Assembly (NCBI GenBank): GCA_963676835.2
Contig: CAXXFF010000001.1
Coordinates: 640,001 to 704,000, forward strand
From: Marispirochaeta sp.
GTDB taxonomy: Bacteria > Spirochaetota > Spirochaetia > JC444 > Marispirochaetaceae
DNA: 64,000 bases
Direction: 5' to 3'
Position numbers and translations under genes: made by a program. Under the pieces are notes generated by a model, which saw only the letters and a list, made by a program, of their open reading frames with translations, had not been told where the DNA came from and did no database searches. Below are positions 51,353-60,021 of the stretch, piece by piece. Every line of letters begins with the position of its first letter. Position 1 is the first letter of the stretch.

Positions 51353-51393
51353 ATACTATACATAAGTTTAGTATTAATAAAAAATGTATTCAA
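51353..51393 (-). promoter_or_regulatory. dnaE2 promoter overlapped by a 22-bp palindrome (candidate repressor operator)
   Basis: TTGAAT (51393-51388)-17 nt-TAAACT (51370-51365). The palindrome ATACTATAC-ATAA-GTTTAGTAT lies at 51353-51374. Confidence 0.6.
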
Positions 51394-51436
51394 GGAGTTG
51401 CCGGAGCATTTTGTTCATGCATAGTATATCATCAGA

Positions 51437-52951
51437 ATGATGATTTATCTGCTTATGGCACTGCCCCTGCTGCTGGTTCCGCTTATTATGCGCTTCATCC
51501 TGACCCGGCTGATTATTCTGCATGCCCGCAGGAAACTGCTGCCCCGGGAGATGCGGGAAATGGAGGCTGGCTGGGAAACCGGAGCAGCACAGGCATTTGT
51601 CGCGGCGGAGGCAACCATTCAGCGCAGACTCAAATCCCTGCTGCCGCCGGTGTATGATATCCGCGGAGATATCGAGGAGATACTGCTGGCAGCTCAGCAG
51701 AAGCAGCAGAAAAACGGAGAATCCCCGGAAGAACTCCGGTTCAGCTTCTCTATCCGGGATGCCGCGGAGGTAGGCTTACTGGCATTCAGTGATATCTACC
51801 GTCAGATAGAAGCCCACCCTCTGCTTAAACGACTGCTGAAACTGCGGCTGCGCACCCTGGTCTGGCTCAATGATTTCAGCAGGAGCTACAGCCGTATCTT
51901 CAACCGCGGTCCCCTTGCCGGGCTCATCCGCAGCCGGGTTCCCGGGCTTATACTGCGGATAATCCTGTCTCCCCTGATCGGCCTTCCCATACTGGTATTC
52001 TACCTTCTGCGATCCATGACAGCCGGGCTGATGAGCGACGGTCTGTTCCGGTATCTCTATGTGCTGGTCCTCCTGAAGATGACCTATTACGGTATCTACC
52101 TCTACGGAGGCGAGAACCCGCTTATAGCGGAAAGACTGAAGGCACTTTCCCGGAAAGACATTGTTGAAGCGGGGAAAAAGCTTGAAAAGCTGCTGAACCC
52201 CTCCGAATGGGAGGCTATTTCTCCTTCCGGAGAAGAGGCAGCGCTGCGGATGAACGCCTTCTACCGGGACGGAGGCTTTAAAACGGATTTGCCTCTGGAA
52301 GAGATTGGACAACAGGCGCAGGCAGGTTCAGAGAAGCAAAAAAAACGGGGCAGAAAACGGCGCTTCCTGCTGCGGGAGTTCAATCATCTGAAAGGTTCAA
52401 CCCTGCTTGCGGTCCGCCGGGAACTGGGGGTAAAAAAAGAGGAATACGGCATAATAGAGGGGCTCTCCAGGCTTTTTACCCTGCTTGGAGAGGTGTATCT
52501 ACCCGGAGAAAGCACCCCCATGGAACGTCTGCGGACGGAGGATCTGCTGGCTGCGGGGTACTACACATCTATTCTGGTGCTCTCAAAACTCTATTCCGCC
52601 CCGGGTCTCCGCAGTACCATGGGCAGGATCTCTGTTGATTTTGCAGTTAAGATAAGCAGCCTCAGTGAGGACGAACTGGTCAAACAGCTTTTTTTCGGCG
52701 CCCGCAGCAGCATACGCATGGCAGGAGCTGCATCAAAAATTCACCGCATAAGCAGGATGCTCCGGGGGAAATATCATCCTGCGGGATTCGCCATCAGCTT
52801 TGCTCCGCCCCTGGCGCTGGCACACATTGAACGGAATATAAAGGGAGGAATCTATCATACAGCCGGCAGGCTGATGCTGTATATCTGGGAAAAGAACTGC
52901 TTAGCGGAGCCCCCGGATATCAAAGCCGGGTATATCCGTGCCTTTGACTGA
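51437..52951 (+). CDS. Hypothetical membrane protein (504 aa)
   Basis: Long clean ORF with an N-terminal TM, internal hydrophobic segments and a basic composition. Confidence 0.72.
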   Translation: MMIYLLMALPLLLVPLIMRFILTRLIILHARRKLLPREMREMEAGWETGAAQAFVAAEATIQRRLKSLLPPVYDIRGDIEEILLAAQQKQQKNGESPEELRFSFSIRDAAEVGLLAFSDIYRQIEAHPLLKRLLKLRLRTLVWLNDFSRSYSRIFNRGPLAGLIRSRVPGLILRIILSPLIGLPILVFYLLRSMTAGLMSDGLFRYLYVLVLLKMTYYGIYLYGGENPLIAERLKALSRKDIVEAGKKLEKLLNPSEWEAISPSGEEAALRMNAFYRDGGFKTDLPLEEIGQQAQAGSEKQKKRGRKRRFLLREFNHLKGSTLLAVRRELGVKKEEYGIIEGLSRLFTLLGEVYLPGESTPMERLRTEDLLAAGYYTSILVLSKLYSAPGLRSTMGRISVDFAVKISSLSEDELVKQLFFGARSSIRMAGAASKIHRISRMLRGKYHPAGFAISFAPPLALAHIERNIKGGIYHTAGRLMLYIWEKNCLAEPPDIKAGYIRAFD

Positions 52952-53034
52952 GCCGGAAAAACTGTCCTGCCCTTGAGAAAATGCAGAACATTTAGATTTG
53001 CTGAAAACCGTTTTCATTAGTAAGATTAAGCTAC

Positions 53035-54471
53035 ATGAAAAGAGTAAATCTCAGAAAAACCGGCCTGTTCTTTTTCTCCACCTTTATTGTGATTATCCTT
53101 ATTGCAGCTGCTGCATCGGGTTTTCTTATTCACATTAATGAAAAGGCTTATAGAAACAGGGTTGCCCAAACTCTGGTTTCAGAGATTTCCTACAGCAGGG
53201 GTGTTATTGAAGAGGCCCTCACCGGTACTCTGGGAGACCTCCAGAGCATTTCTGTTTTTCACTGTTTTTCAAACTTTCTGGTTGAGCCCACGGATGAAAA
53301 CAGAAAAATACTTGAGGAAACCTTCATCCGCTATTCGGACATAAAAAAAATCTATGATCAGATCAGATTAATTGATCCCCTGGGAAAAGAACTTATCCGG
53401 GTGGATTATTCCGCCGACGGTGCCCATGCGATTCCGGAGGAACAGCTTCAAGATAAAAGCCAGCGTTACTATTTCAGGGAAGCCCTGAAACTTGATCCAG
53501 GTGAAGTATTTATCTCGCGGATAGACCTCAACATTGAGAACGGAGAAATCGAAACCCCCTGGAAGCCTATGATCCGTTTTTCACAGCCGGTTTACTCCCC
53601 GGTTGGAGATCTTGCGGGAATTCTGATAATCAACCTTAAAGCAGATATATTTCTGGACAAGCTCAGCCATGTGCAGGACCAGCAGAATGGTACTCTCTTT
53701 ATTCTGGTAAACTCTTCGGGTTATTACCTGATAAATTCTTTGACTCCCGAAAAAACCTGGGGATTTATGTTCGGCAATGATTTCCGCCTTCAGAATGATT
53801 TTCCCGGAGACTGGAACAGCCTTGGAGAAAGAGGCTCCGGAATACTGGCAAGTAACGAGGGACTTACTGTTTTTACGACTATAGCAGCCGGGAGGTATAA
53901 TCAGGGAGAAGATACAGAGATGAGTCTTAAAGACTGGAGAGCTCTGTTTATACTGCCGCGGACACAATTAAATAAATCACTGCGCCTCTTCACTCTGAGT
54001 GTCAGCGGAAGCGCCGGGCTGATCATCCTGCTGACAGCTCTTCTGATGTATTCCCTCTACCGCAGTTATATATCCACCATATCCTTGACCGGACAGCTTG
54101 AATATCAGCTGAAAAGTAAAGAAGAGGTAATCGATCTACTGCAGGAGACAAACAGCAAACTGCAGGATATTACCGGCAGTCTGAAGGCCGAGAAGGAAAG
54201 TCTCTATAAAAAAAGGAATGAATATCTGCAGAAACTGTCACGGGCCACCCTGCAGCATGCCGACACCCTGACCTATCAGAAACAGCTTGAAGATGAAAAC
54301 AGGCATTTGAAAGATCTTATACAGGAATATAAAAACGAACTTTCTGAGTATTTCACCATAATAATGAACACCAATGCCCGCATAGAAGGTTTTATAACTG
54401 ATCAGGAAGAGAAAGGCAGCAAACATCGGGACAAAAAGTATGAACCCCTGCATAAAAACGTGTTGAAATAA
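53035..54471 (+). CDS. Cache-domain membrane sensor without recognisable output domain
   Basis: TM, then dCache motifs (YDQIRLID..GKE..RV, LQDKSQRYYF, SRIDLNIENGEIE.PWKPMIRFSQPV), TM and a coiled coil. No HATPase or GGDEF motifs. Confidence 0.8.
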   Translation: MKRVNLRKTGLFFFSTFIVIILIAAAASGFLIHINEKAYRNRVAQTLVSEISYSRGVIEEALTGTLGDLQSISVFHCFSNFLVEPTDENRKILEETFIRYSDIKKIYDQIRLIDPLGKELIRVDYSADGAHAIPEEQLQDKSQRYYFREALKLDPGEVFISRIDLNIENGEIETPWKPMIRFSQPVYSPVGDLAGILIINLKADIFLDKLSHVQDQQNGTLFILVNSSGYYLINSLTPEKTWGFMFGNDFRLQNDFPGDWNSLGERGSGILASNEGLTVFTTIAAGRYNQGEDTEMSLKDWRALFILPRTQLNKSLRLFTLSVSGSAGLIILLTALLMYSLYRSYISTISLTGQLEYQLKSKEEVIDLLQETNSKLQDITGSLKAEKESLYKKRNEYLQKLSRATLQHADTLTYQKQLEDENRHLKDLIQEYKNELSEYFTIIMNTNARIEGFITDQEEKGSKHRDKKYEPLHKNVLK

Positions 54472-54504
54472 AAAAAGCAGTCCCTGATATTTCAGAAACT
54501 GCTT
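54472..54504. terminator. Probable bidirectional terminator between the sensor gene and tRNA-Met
   Basis: AAAAAGCAGT-CC-CTGA...TCAG-AA-ACTGCTT imperfect stem with an A tract. Confidence 0.55.
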
Positions 54505-54511
54505 AAAAGGT

Positions 54512-54584
54512 TAGTGGCGAAGGGACTTGAACCCCTGACCGAACGGATATGAGCCGTTTGCTCTACCGACTGAGCTACGCCACC
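54512..54584 (-). tRNA. tRNA with CAT anticodon (elongator Met; Ile2 not excluded)
   Basis: GGTGGCGTAGCTCAGTCGGTAGAGCAAACGGCTCATATCCGTTCGGTCAGGGGTTCAAGTCCCTTCGCCACTA. It lacks the initiator GGG/CCC anticodon stem. Confidence 0.93.
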
Positions 54585-54602
54585 ATCTTAAAATGTAGCG
54601 GT

Positions 54603-54631
54603 AATATAGCAACCGGTTACGGAAGTGTCAA
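54603..54631 (-). promoter_or_regulatory. sigma70 promoter of tRNA-Met
   Basis: TTGACA-17 nt-TATATT with an extended -10 TG. Confidence 0.8.
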
Positions 54632-54640
54632 GCGGGTTCT

Positions 54641-54681
54641 CATATAACTCCCGCATAACTCCATATAACTCTCAGATAACT
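54641..54681. repeat. Four phased ATAACT direct repeats
   Basis: ATAACT starts at 54644, 54655, 54665 and 54676 (spacing 11, 10, 11). Confidence 0.8.
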
Positions 54682-54684
54682 TTA

Positions 54685-57372
54685 TCAGGCAAGCTTTTCG
54701 TTGCGGGCAATATCCATCAGATATCTGTTCCAGCGGTTGCCGCTTAAGAACTCGAGCCTGGATGGAACATCATCGATAACCGAACTGGTACGCTGCAGGT
54801 ATTTGAGCCCCTTGCTCAGATAGGTAATCCGCTCAAGATTCTCGTCATGGGTTTCTTCTGAAATCAGGAGTGCATGGATAAGGTAGTAATAGTAGTAATA
54901 GGGATCAAGATCGCCCAGTTTTTCTTCCCGGGTTATTTTTTCAAGCAGGGACGATCCGTTTTCCACGGGATTCCCCAGCTGTTTTTCAACAAGCCAGCGG
55001 AAGGCGCTTACACAATTGAGCAGAACTCCCCGGCCCTCGGGGGAACGGAAAGCGGCATCTTCCACATTTCTGAAACCGGAATCCCAGCGATAGGACATAT
55101 ATTTGGAAGTATCCCTTGTTTCGAACTTAACCCTCTTCTGGGCACGGCGGATAACCGTAAGGGCTGATTGAAGGTCTTCTCTGAAGTAGTAGCCTTCAGC
55201 AAGGAAAAACAGAACTTCACCTGTTTTATTCAGCCTCTCAAGCATTCCGATACCGTCACGGTATTTTCCGGCATAGATCCTTGCCCGGGCAATCCAGGCA
55301 TAGAACACCGCATGGGGAACTCCCGTAAGGGTGGCCAGAGAGAGGGTCTGCCAGAGCTGATTTTCTGCCTCCTCGTATCTGCCGAGCATAAAGGCGATAC
55401 GCCCCTTTAAAAAACGGGCAAAGAGAAGGTATGGTCCGTGACACAGCCCGGGAGAAAGATCAAGGGCTTCTGAAAGATGCCGGTCAGCCCGTGAATAGTT
55501 ACCGAAAAGAAAGAGCCCCAGCGCCCGGTTTATACAGGCCCGTATGCGGTCCACAGAAGCATTACAGGTTTTGCTGCTTTCGTAAGCCAGGGCGAAATAA
55601 TCGTTCGCTTCTTCGATTCTGCCCTTTCTGAGCATTACCATACCCAGGGCATGCTGTGCTTCTGTCACACTACAGGGCTGATCTTCTCCCTGAACATCAA
55701 AAAGAAAGCTCTTGGCTTCCCGCAGTGCCTCATCGGGCAGATTCATCCTGAGAAAATTCTCAACCATCAGCACCTGCAGATGGGACGATTCGCTTAAGGT
55801 GAGATCTCCTCCCCCGCTTATCTGCAAGTCTGTATCTGTGCCCTGATCGGCAAAAACGCTGGCCATTCCTCTGGCTATGATATAATAGTCCCTGAAACGG
55901 CGGGGAAGGGATTTCAGCAGCCCGGCGACTCCGGCAGCTGCGACAGAATCCCTCCGTTCGTACACCGCATTCAGAAGAAACCGGTAATGCTCACTCCCCA
56001 GTTCGGGCCTGACTGCAGCCGCAATTGCCGCATAGTCCATCCTGTAGATTGAAGGGATCTCATCAGAGTCGGGAGAGAGAAAAGGTGCTGCCACTGACTC
56101 AGGATATACACCGGATCCATCGGGATTCTGACAGAAGTAATACCGCCAGCCCTTTAAGATACGGCCGCTGTCCACCAGGGATACAAGAAAGCTGTCTACC
56201 ATATGCTTGGCAAGACCTGTCTCATAGAGACGCATTCTCAGTTGGGAGCAGGAAAGAAAAGGAGAAAAGCGCAGTGCGAGGTTATAAACAGTTTTCTGTT
56301 CTGATGACAGATTCAACCCTTCAGGTTCTCCAGCCCCATCCCGGACTTCAGCTTTTCTGAACTCACAGAAAGAAAACTGCCCCCGTCTGCGCCTGGGAAC
56401 GCTGTCAGCTAAAAGGAGGGTATAGAGCTCACCTTTGGCATGCATGGATGAAAGAAATCCATCGGTGATAATTCTTCCAAAACGGTTAAGCTTGTCTGCG
56501 CCGGTAATTACAATACAGGGAGTATTACCTTCCCGGCGATTAACTTCCACGTAGGCTTTTATGGTTTCACCAAACCAGGCAGCCGCATCCTTCCAGGAGA
56601 AAACAGTCATTCCCCGCAGAAGTCCTTCACCGGTGGACTGCCAGCCGGCAAGAGCATCGGGATTAATACCCTTTGCCAGTGAGCTGACGGGATTAAGGCC
56701 GAAACATCCGAGATAAGCAGCCAGGCCGGACCGCCAGGGGTAATTCAGGTCGATAAGCAGAAAAGATTCTTCAGATCCGCAGAGCACAGCTGCTCTCTGA
56801 GCAAGTCTCAGCTGTTCCGCAGGAGATAGCATATGTAAAAAAACCGGCCGCCCTTCATCCTGCCCTTCCTTCCAGAGTCCGAAATGGCCGTCGATAATAT
56901 CGACATTCTCAGCGGCTGCAAGAGAATGGAGGGGTCTGTATTCCCGGGTTTCGTCCATACGCAAAGCTTCCACCCGGTAAAATCTTCCCATAGGGGAGCT
57001 CTCCACCACGGCCTCAACAACCTGAAATCCGTCGAAAGAGACAAGGAAAACATCAATCTCAGGGATGCGGCCGGTCCACTCTCCCCGGGGATCCAGGCTG
57101 AAACGGCCGCTCCGGGGAGCATAATCAAAGGCGAGAAGAAATCCGTGAAGCTTTTTTCTGTGCTCAAGAAGAAATTCATAAAAGCCATACAGACCGGTTA
57201 TGGTACTTTCAGCATCATCATCTTCGGTGTCGGAAAAAAGGATATTTCCCTGATGCGCATATTCCCCTGCCGAGGTAAGGGTTGAGAATCGTCTGAGAAT
57301 CTCCTCAACAAGCCCCGGCTTGAGACGTCTGAGATGCTGTAAATCATTAACTTCCAATAGAATACGAAACAT
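54685..57372 (-). CDS. Large cytoplasmic protein with C-terminal TPR repeats (895 aa)
   Basis: TPR units HALGMVMLRKGRIEEA, FLKGRIAFMLGRYEEA, LFFLAEGYYFRED. RBS GAGG. Confidence 0.8.
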   Translation of the reverse strand: MFRILLEVNDLQHLRRLKPGLVEEILRRFSTLTSAGEYAHQGNILFSDTEDDDAESTITGLYGFYEFLLEHRKKLHGFLLAFDYAPRSGRFSLDPRGEWTGRIPEIDVFLVSFDGFQVVEAVVESSPMGRFYRVEALRMDETREYRPLHSLAAAENVDIIDGHFGLWKEGQDEGRPVFLHMLSPAEQLRLAQRAAVLCGSEESFLLIDLNYPWRSGLAAYLGCFGLNPVSSLAKGINPDALAGWQSTGEGLLRGMTVFSWKDAAAWFGETIKAYVEVNRREGNTPCIVITGADKLNRFGRIITDGFLSSMHAKGELYTLLLADSVPRRRRGQFSFCEFRKAEVRDGAGEPEGLNLSSEQKTVYNLALRFSPFLSCSQLRMRLYETGLAKHMVDSFLVSLVDSGRILKGWRYYFCQNPDGSGVYPESVAAPFLSPDSDEIPSIYRMDYAAIAAAVRPELGSEHYRFLLNAVYERRDSVAAAGVAGLLKSLPRRFRDYYIIARGMASVFADQGTDTDLQISGGGDLTLSESSHLQVLMVENFLRMNLPDEALREAKSFLFDVQGEDQPCSVTEAQHALGMVMLRKGRIEEANDYFALAYESSKTCNASVDRIRACINRALGLFLFGNYSRADRHLSEALDLSPGLCHGPYLLFARFLKGRIAFMLGRYEEAENQLWQTLSLATLTGVPHAVFYAWIARARIYAGKYRDGIGMLERLNKTGEVLFFLAEGYYFREDLQSALTVIRRAQKRVKFETRDTSKYMSYRWDSGFRNVEDAAFRSPEGRGVLLNCVSAFRWLVEKQLGNPVENGSSLLEKITREEKLGDLDPYYYYYYLIHALLISEETHDENLERITYLSKGLKYLQRTSSVIDDVPSRLEFLSGNRWNRYLMDIARNEKLA

Positions 57373-57533
57373 ATACCTCTACATTTTCGGTGCAGAAAAT
57401 CTCTTGCTTGACCGCAGAAAGAAAACGATGGTAGTCTTCTCAGGTGATTTTACCTGATTTTTACGCATAAGTACAAACAGTATTATCAAGCAAAGAGAGA
57501 AAAAAACCTGAGGGCACCGCACAAGGAGAATGG

Positions 57534-57887
57534 ATGGACCTTAAAATCCGTCGGGGCGCAGATGTTTACATTATTGATGTAAACGGTGAAATGGACCTGT
57601 ACAACTCCTATAAACTGAAAGAACTGATTATGAGAATGCTTGAAAAAAAAGTACGCTCTTTTGTAATAAACCTGGCCAACGTGGACTATATCGACTCATC
57701 GGGCATAGGAGCGCTGATTTTTATCTGCTCCACCATCAGAAAAATGAATCTGGATATAATGATTGCAAACATTCACGGGTCGGTGAAAAAGGTAATTGAG
57801 CTGACAAAGCTCACCAGCTACTTTCCCATAGCCGCATCCGTCCCGGCAGCCCTCAGATCCATCAAGGAACGTAATCAGGCGAACTAA
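57534..57887 (+). CDS. STAS-domain anti-sigma factor antagonist (RsbV/SpoIIAA-like)
   Basis: VNGEMDLYNS, NLANVDYIDSSGIGALI with the phosphorylatable Ser. RBS AAGGAG. Confidence 0.93.
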   Translation: MDLKIRRGADVYIIDVNGEMDLYNSYKLKELIMRMLEKKVRSFVINLANVDYIDSSGIGALIFICSTIRKMNLDIMIANIHGSVKKVIELTKLTSYFPIAASVPAALRSIKERNQAN

Positions 57888-59134
57888 TCGAAGGAAAGTT
57901 TGGGAGGCTCTGCACCACCTTCCCATAAAGTCTCATCTTCCGGAGTCAGTGACCTGCCATAGATTGCATCAAAAAGAAAGCGGAAATCTTCCGGTTTGAT
58001 ACTTATATACTGGCAGCCGAAAAAGGTTCTGTCCCGGTCCTGAAACTTCCGCATAATCCTGGAAGAGATCACCATTTTCCGGGGTCCCATACGCAGATTG
58101 AGATCGAGATCGGAGTAGAGTACCAGCTGATCCCGGAGCCCTTCATCGGGATGGGTGAACAGCAGCCCGGAGGCTGAAATATCCAGGATCTCCGCTTCGA
58201 AGGTTTCGTTTCTTTTAAGGGCGTGTTTAAAATATCCGTGGTTTTTAAGGGTGTACACCAGCACCTTGGAAAACTGATAGATGTATTCAAAAACTTCAAT
58301 GCCCAGGCTGATATGCTCCGACCAGACATGCAGATACCCTATGACATAATCCTGGTAGACCAGAGGACAGTAGATCTGAGCCTTTATACCCTCTTCGTGG
58401 CGGGCGCGGAAACGGTTTGTCAGTTCATCTTCACTGCCGATTATCTCCGACATATTGAGGGTATAATCCCGGGAAAGCACCTGATCACGGGTTAGAATAC
58501 GTCCGCTGTTATCCGGATCCTGAACGGGAAACCCGACCTGCATGGGAGAGACGAAAACAGATTTTCCCGTGCGGGTAATGATCTCCTCTTCCCAGCCCTC
58601 GGGTCCGCGGTCCCGAAACATCTGAACCTTGTAGTTTGCCTTGAACTCCGAGAGCCTGCGGCTGACCCCGTCCATAAGCTTCTCCAGGGTATCTTCGGGA
58701 AAGCTGTCCTGATAAACCGGCTGCTCCGCCGGGTTGTACTCTTCTGTTCTGGGAAAGGTAAGCTCGAAGGTACGGTTTTCCATGGTAAAACTGACCAGAA
58801 TCCCCCGGGGCAGGGCAATCCGTTCATACTTGCGCTGCAGATTCTTGACCATCTCATCGGGAATTCGTATCTGCAGGTAATCATCCGCTTTAACCACTGT
58901 GGTGGGAAAGGTCATTACATGGCCGAAGTAGGAGAAGAAGATACGGACCTCTTCTTCCGCGGTAAAATCAGAAAAGCCGCCGTCATCGTTATACAGGACG
59001 ATGCTCTCATCTTCAACACGGAGTATTACCGCATCCCTGGTTTTCTTGAAACCGTTTATACGGATGGGCATCTTCTTTTCTGTCACATTGGTTAGAATAA
59101 ATTCTCGTTCTACCCGTCCAACGGGAGTTCCCAT
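57884..59134 (-). CDS. PilZ-domain protein with an inserted GAF-like region
   Basis: QRKYER (RxxxR) and LDISASG (DxSxxG) are separated by ~200 aa containing IYCPLVYQDYVIGYLHV. Confidence 0.78.
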   Translation of the reverse strand: MGTPVGRVEREFILTNVTEKKMPIRINGFKKTRDAVILRVEDESIVLYNDDGGFSDFTAEEEVRIFFSYFGHVMTFPTTVVKADDYLQIRIPDEMVKNLQRKYERIALPRGILVSFTMENRTFELTFPRTEEYNPAEQPVYQDSFPEDTLEKLMDGVSRRLSEFKANYKVQMFRDRGPEGWEEEIITRTGKSVFVSPMQVGFPVQDPDNSGRILTRDQVLSRDYTLNMSEIIGSEDELTNRFRARHEEGIKAQIYCPLVYQDYVIGYLHVWSEHISLGIEVFEYIYQFSKVLVYTLKNHGYFKHALKRNETFEAEILDISASGLLFTHPDEGLRDQLVLYSDLDLNLRMGPRKMVISSRIMRKFQDRDRTFFGCQYISIKPEDFRFLFDAIYGRSLTPEDETLWEGGAEPPKLSFD

Positions 59135-59183
59135 AATTCAGACCTCTTTACTTAAACCTTTTACTGCTGCTTCGATGACCGCC

Positions 59184-59936
59184 TCAGCCTCCCGGAAAAG
59201 CCGAAACTGCAGGAAGCGGAAAATCCATGGAAGAGAAAGGCGCAGAAATAACCTGATCCATGGTTATATCCTGTATCCGGTATTTTCCTTCCTGATCCAT
59301 TTCCGCCCAGAGAGAACCAAGAATAAACTGATTATCCCTGATTATCTTGAAGGGAGCAAGAATATTTCCGTCCTTCTCCTCAATCCTGCCGGTAAACACC
59401 GCATTCGCACCCCGGGGAAAGAGCAGAAACTGCCGGGCCAGATGATCCCGCCAGGCCGGAGCAGCAGAATCTTCAGGAAAATCTCCGACTAATAGAGAGT
59501 CCAGAAATGAGCTGATTTCATCAGGTATTTCCGCTGACAGAGGCCCGATATCATAATCAGCCCCGTCTGTCCCATGGCCCCTGTATCCCCCGGGGCCGGA
59601 TTTATCCCTGACAGCAAAGAAAGCTGGATCCTTTACTTCCATAACTGCCGTATCCGATCGGGGGACGGGCTCTTCTTCCCGTCGGGATTCTGCGGGCACC
59701 TGTCCGGTTTCCGCCGCTTGAGTATTTTCATCTTTGCCGGGTTTTGACGGAGCCGCCGGCATCTGTATCCCCTCCCCGGGAGTCCCGGCAGCTGAGACGC
59801 TGCTCTGTTTTCTGATACAGGCGGGAAAGAGGAGTAGAAGAATCAGTACCGCAAGAAGGTATCGCGCAGATCTCACGGATTCGATGGTAGCTTGATTCGT
59901 TTCGTGTGTCAAAGGCTGTGTCAAAAGCCTTTTCAA
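59184..59936 (-). CDS. Hypothetical lipoprotein
   Basis: Hydrophobic stretch ending LFPA-C and a Pro/Ala/Glu-rich linker. The start is uncertain. Confidence 0.65.
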   Translation of the reverse strand: MKRLLTQPLTHETNQATIESVRSARYLLAVLILLLLFPACIRKQSSVSAAGTPGEGIQMPAAPSKPGKDENTQAAETGQVPAESRREEEPVPRSDTAVMEVKDPAFFAVRDKSGPGGYRGHGTDGADYDIGPLSAEIPDEISSFLDSLLVGDFPEDSAAPAWRDHLARQFLLFPRGANAVFTGRIEEKDGNILAPFKIIRDNQFILGSLWAEMDQEGKYRIQDITMDQVISAPFSSMDFPLPAVSAFPGG

Positions 59937-60021
59937 AGAGCTTTCTAAAAAAACTCTCCTTAAACCTTCCTGTAAAAAGGAGACTGGACAGCAGGCATGC
60001 GGGTTGATACAATTTTCTTCT

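Noticed and set aside
47408..54584. tRNA-Met-anchored genomic island
   Set aside because: Composition varies, but I saw no integrase and no duplicated tRNA 3' end.
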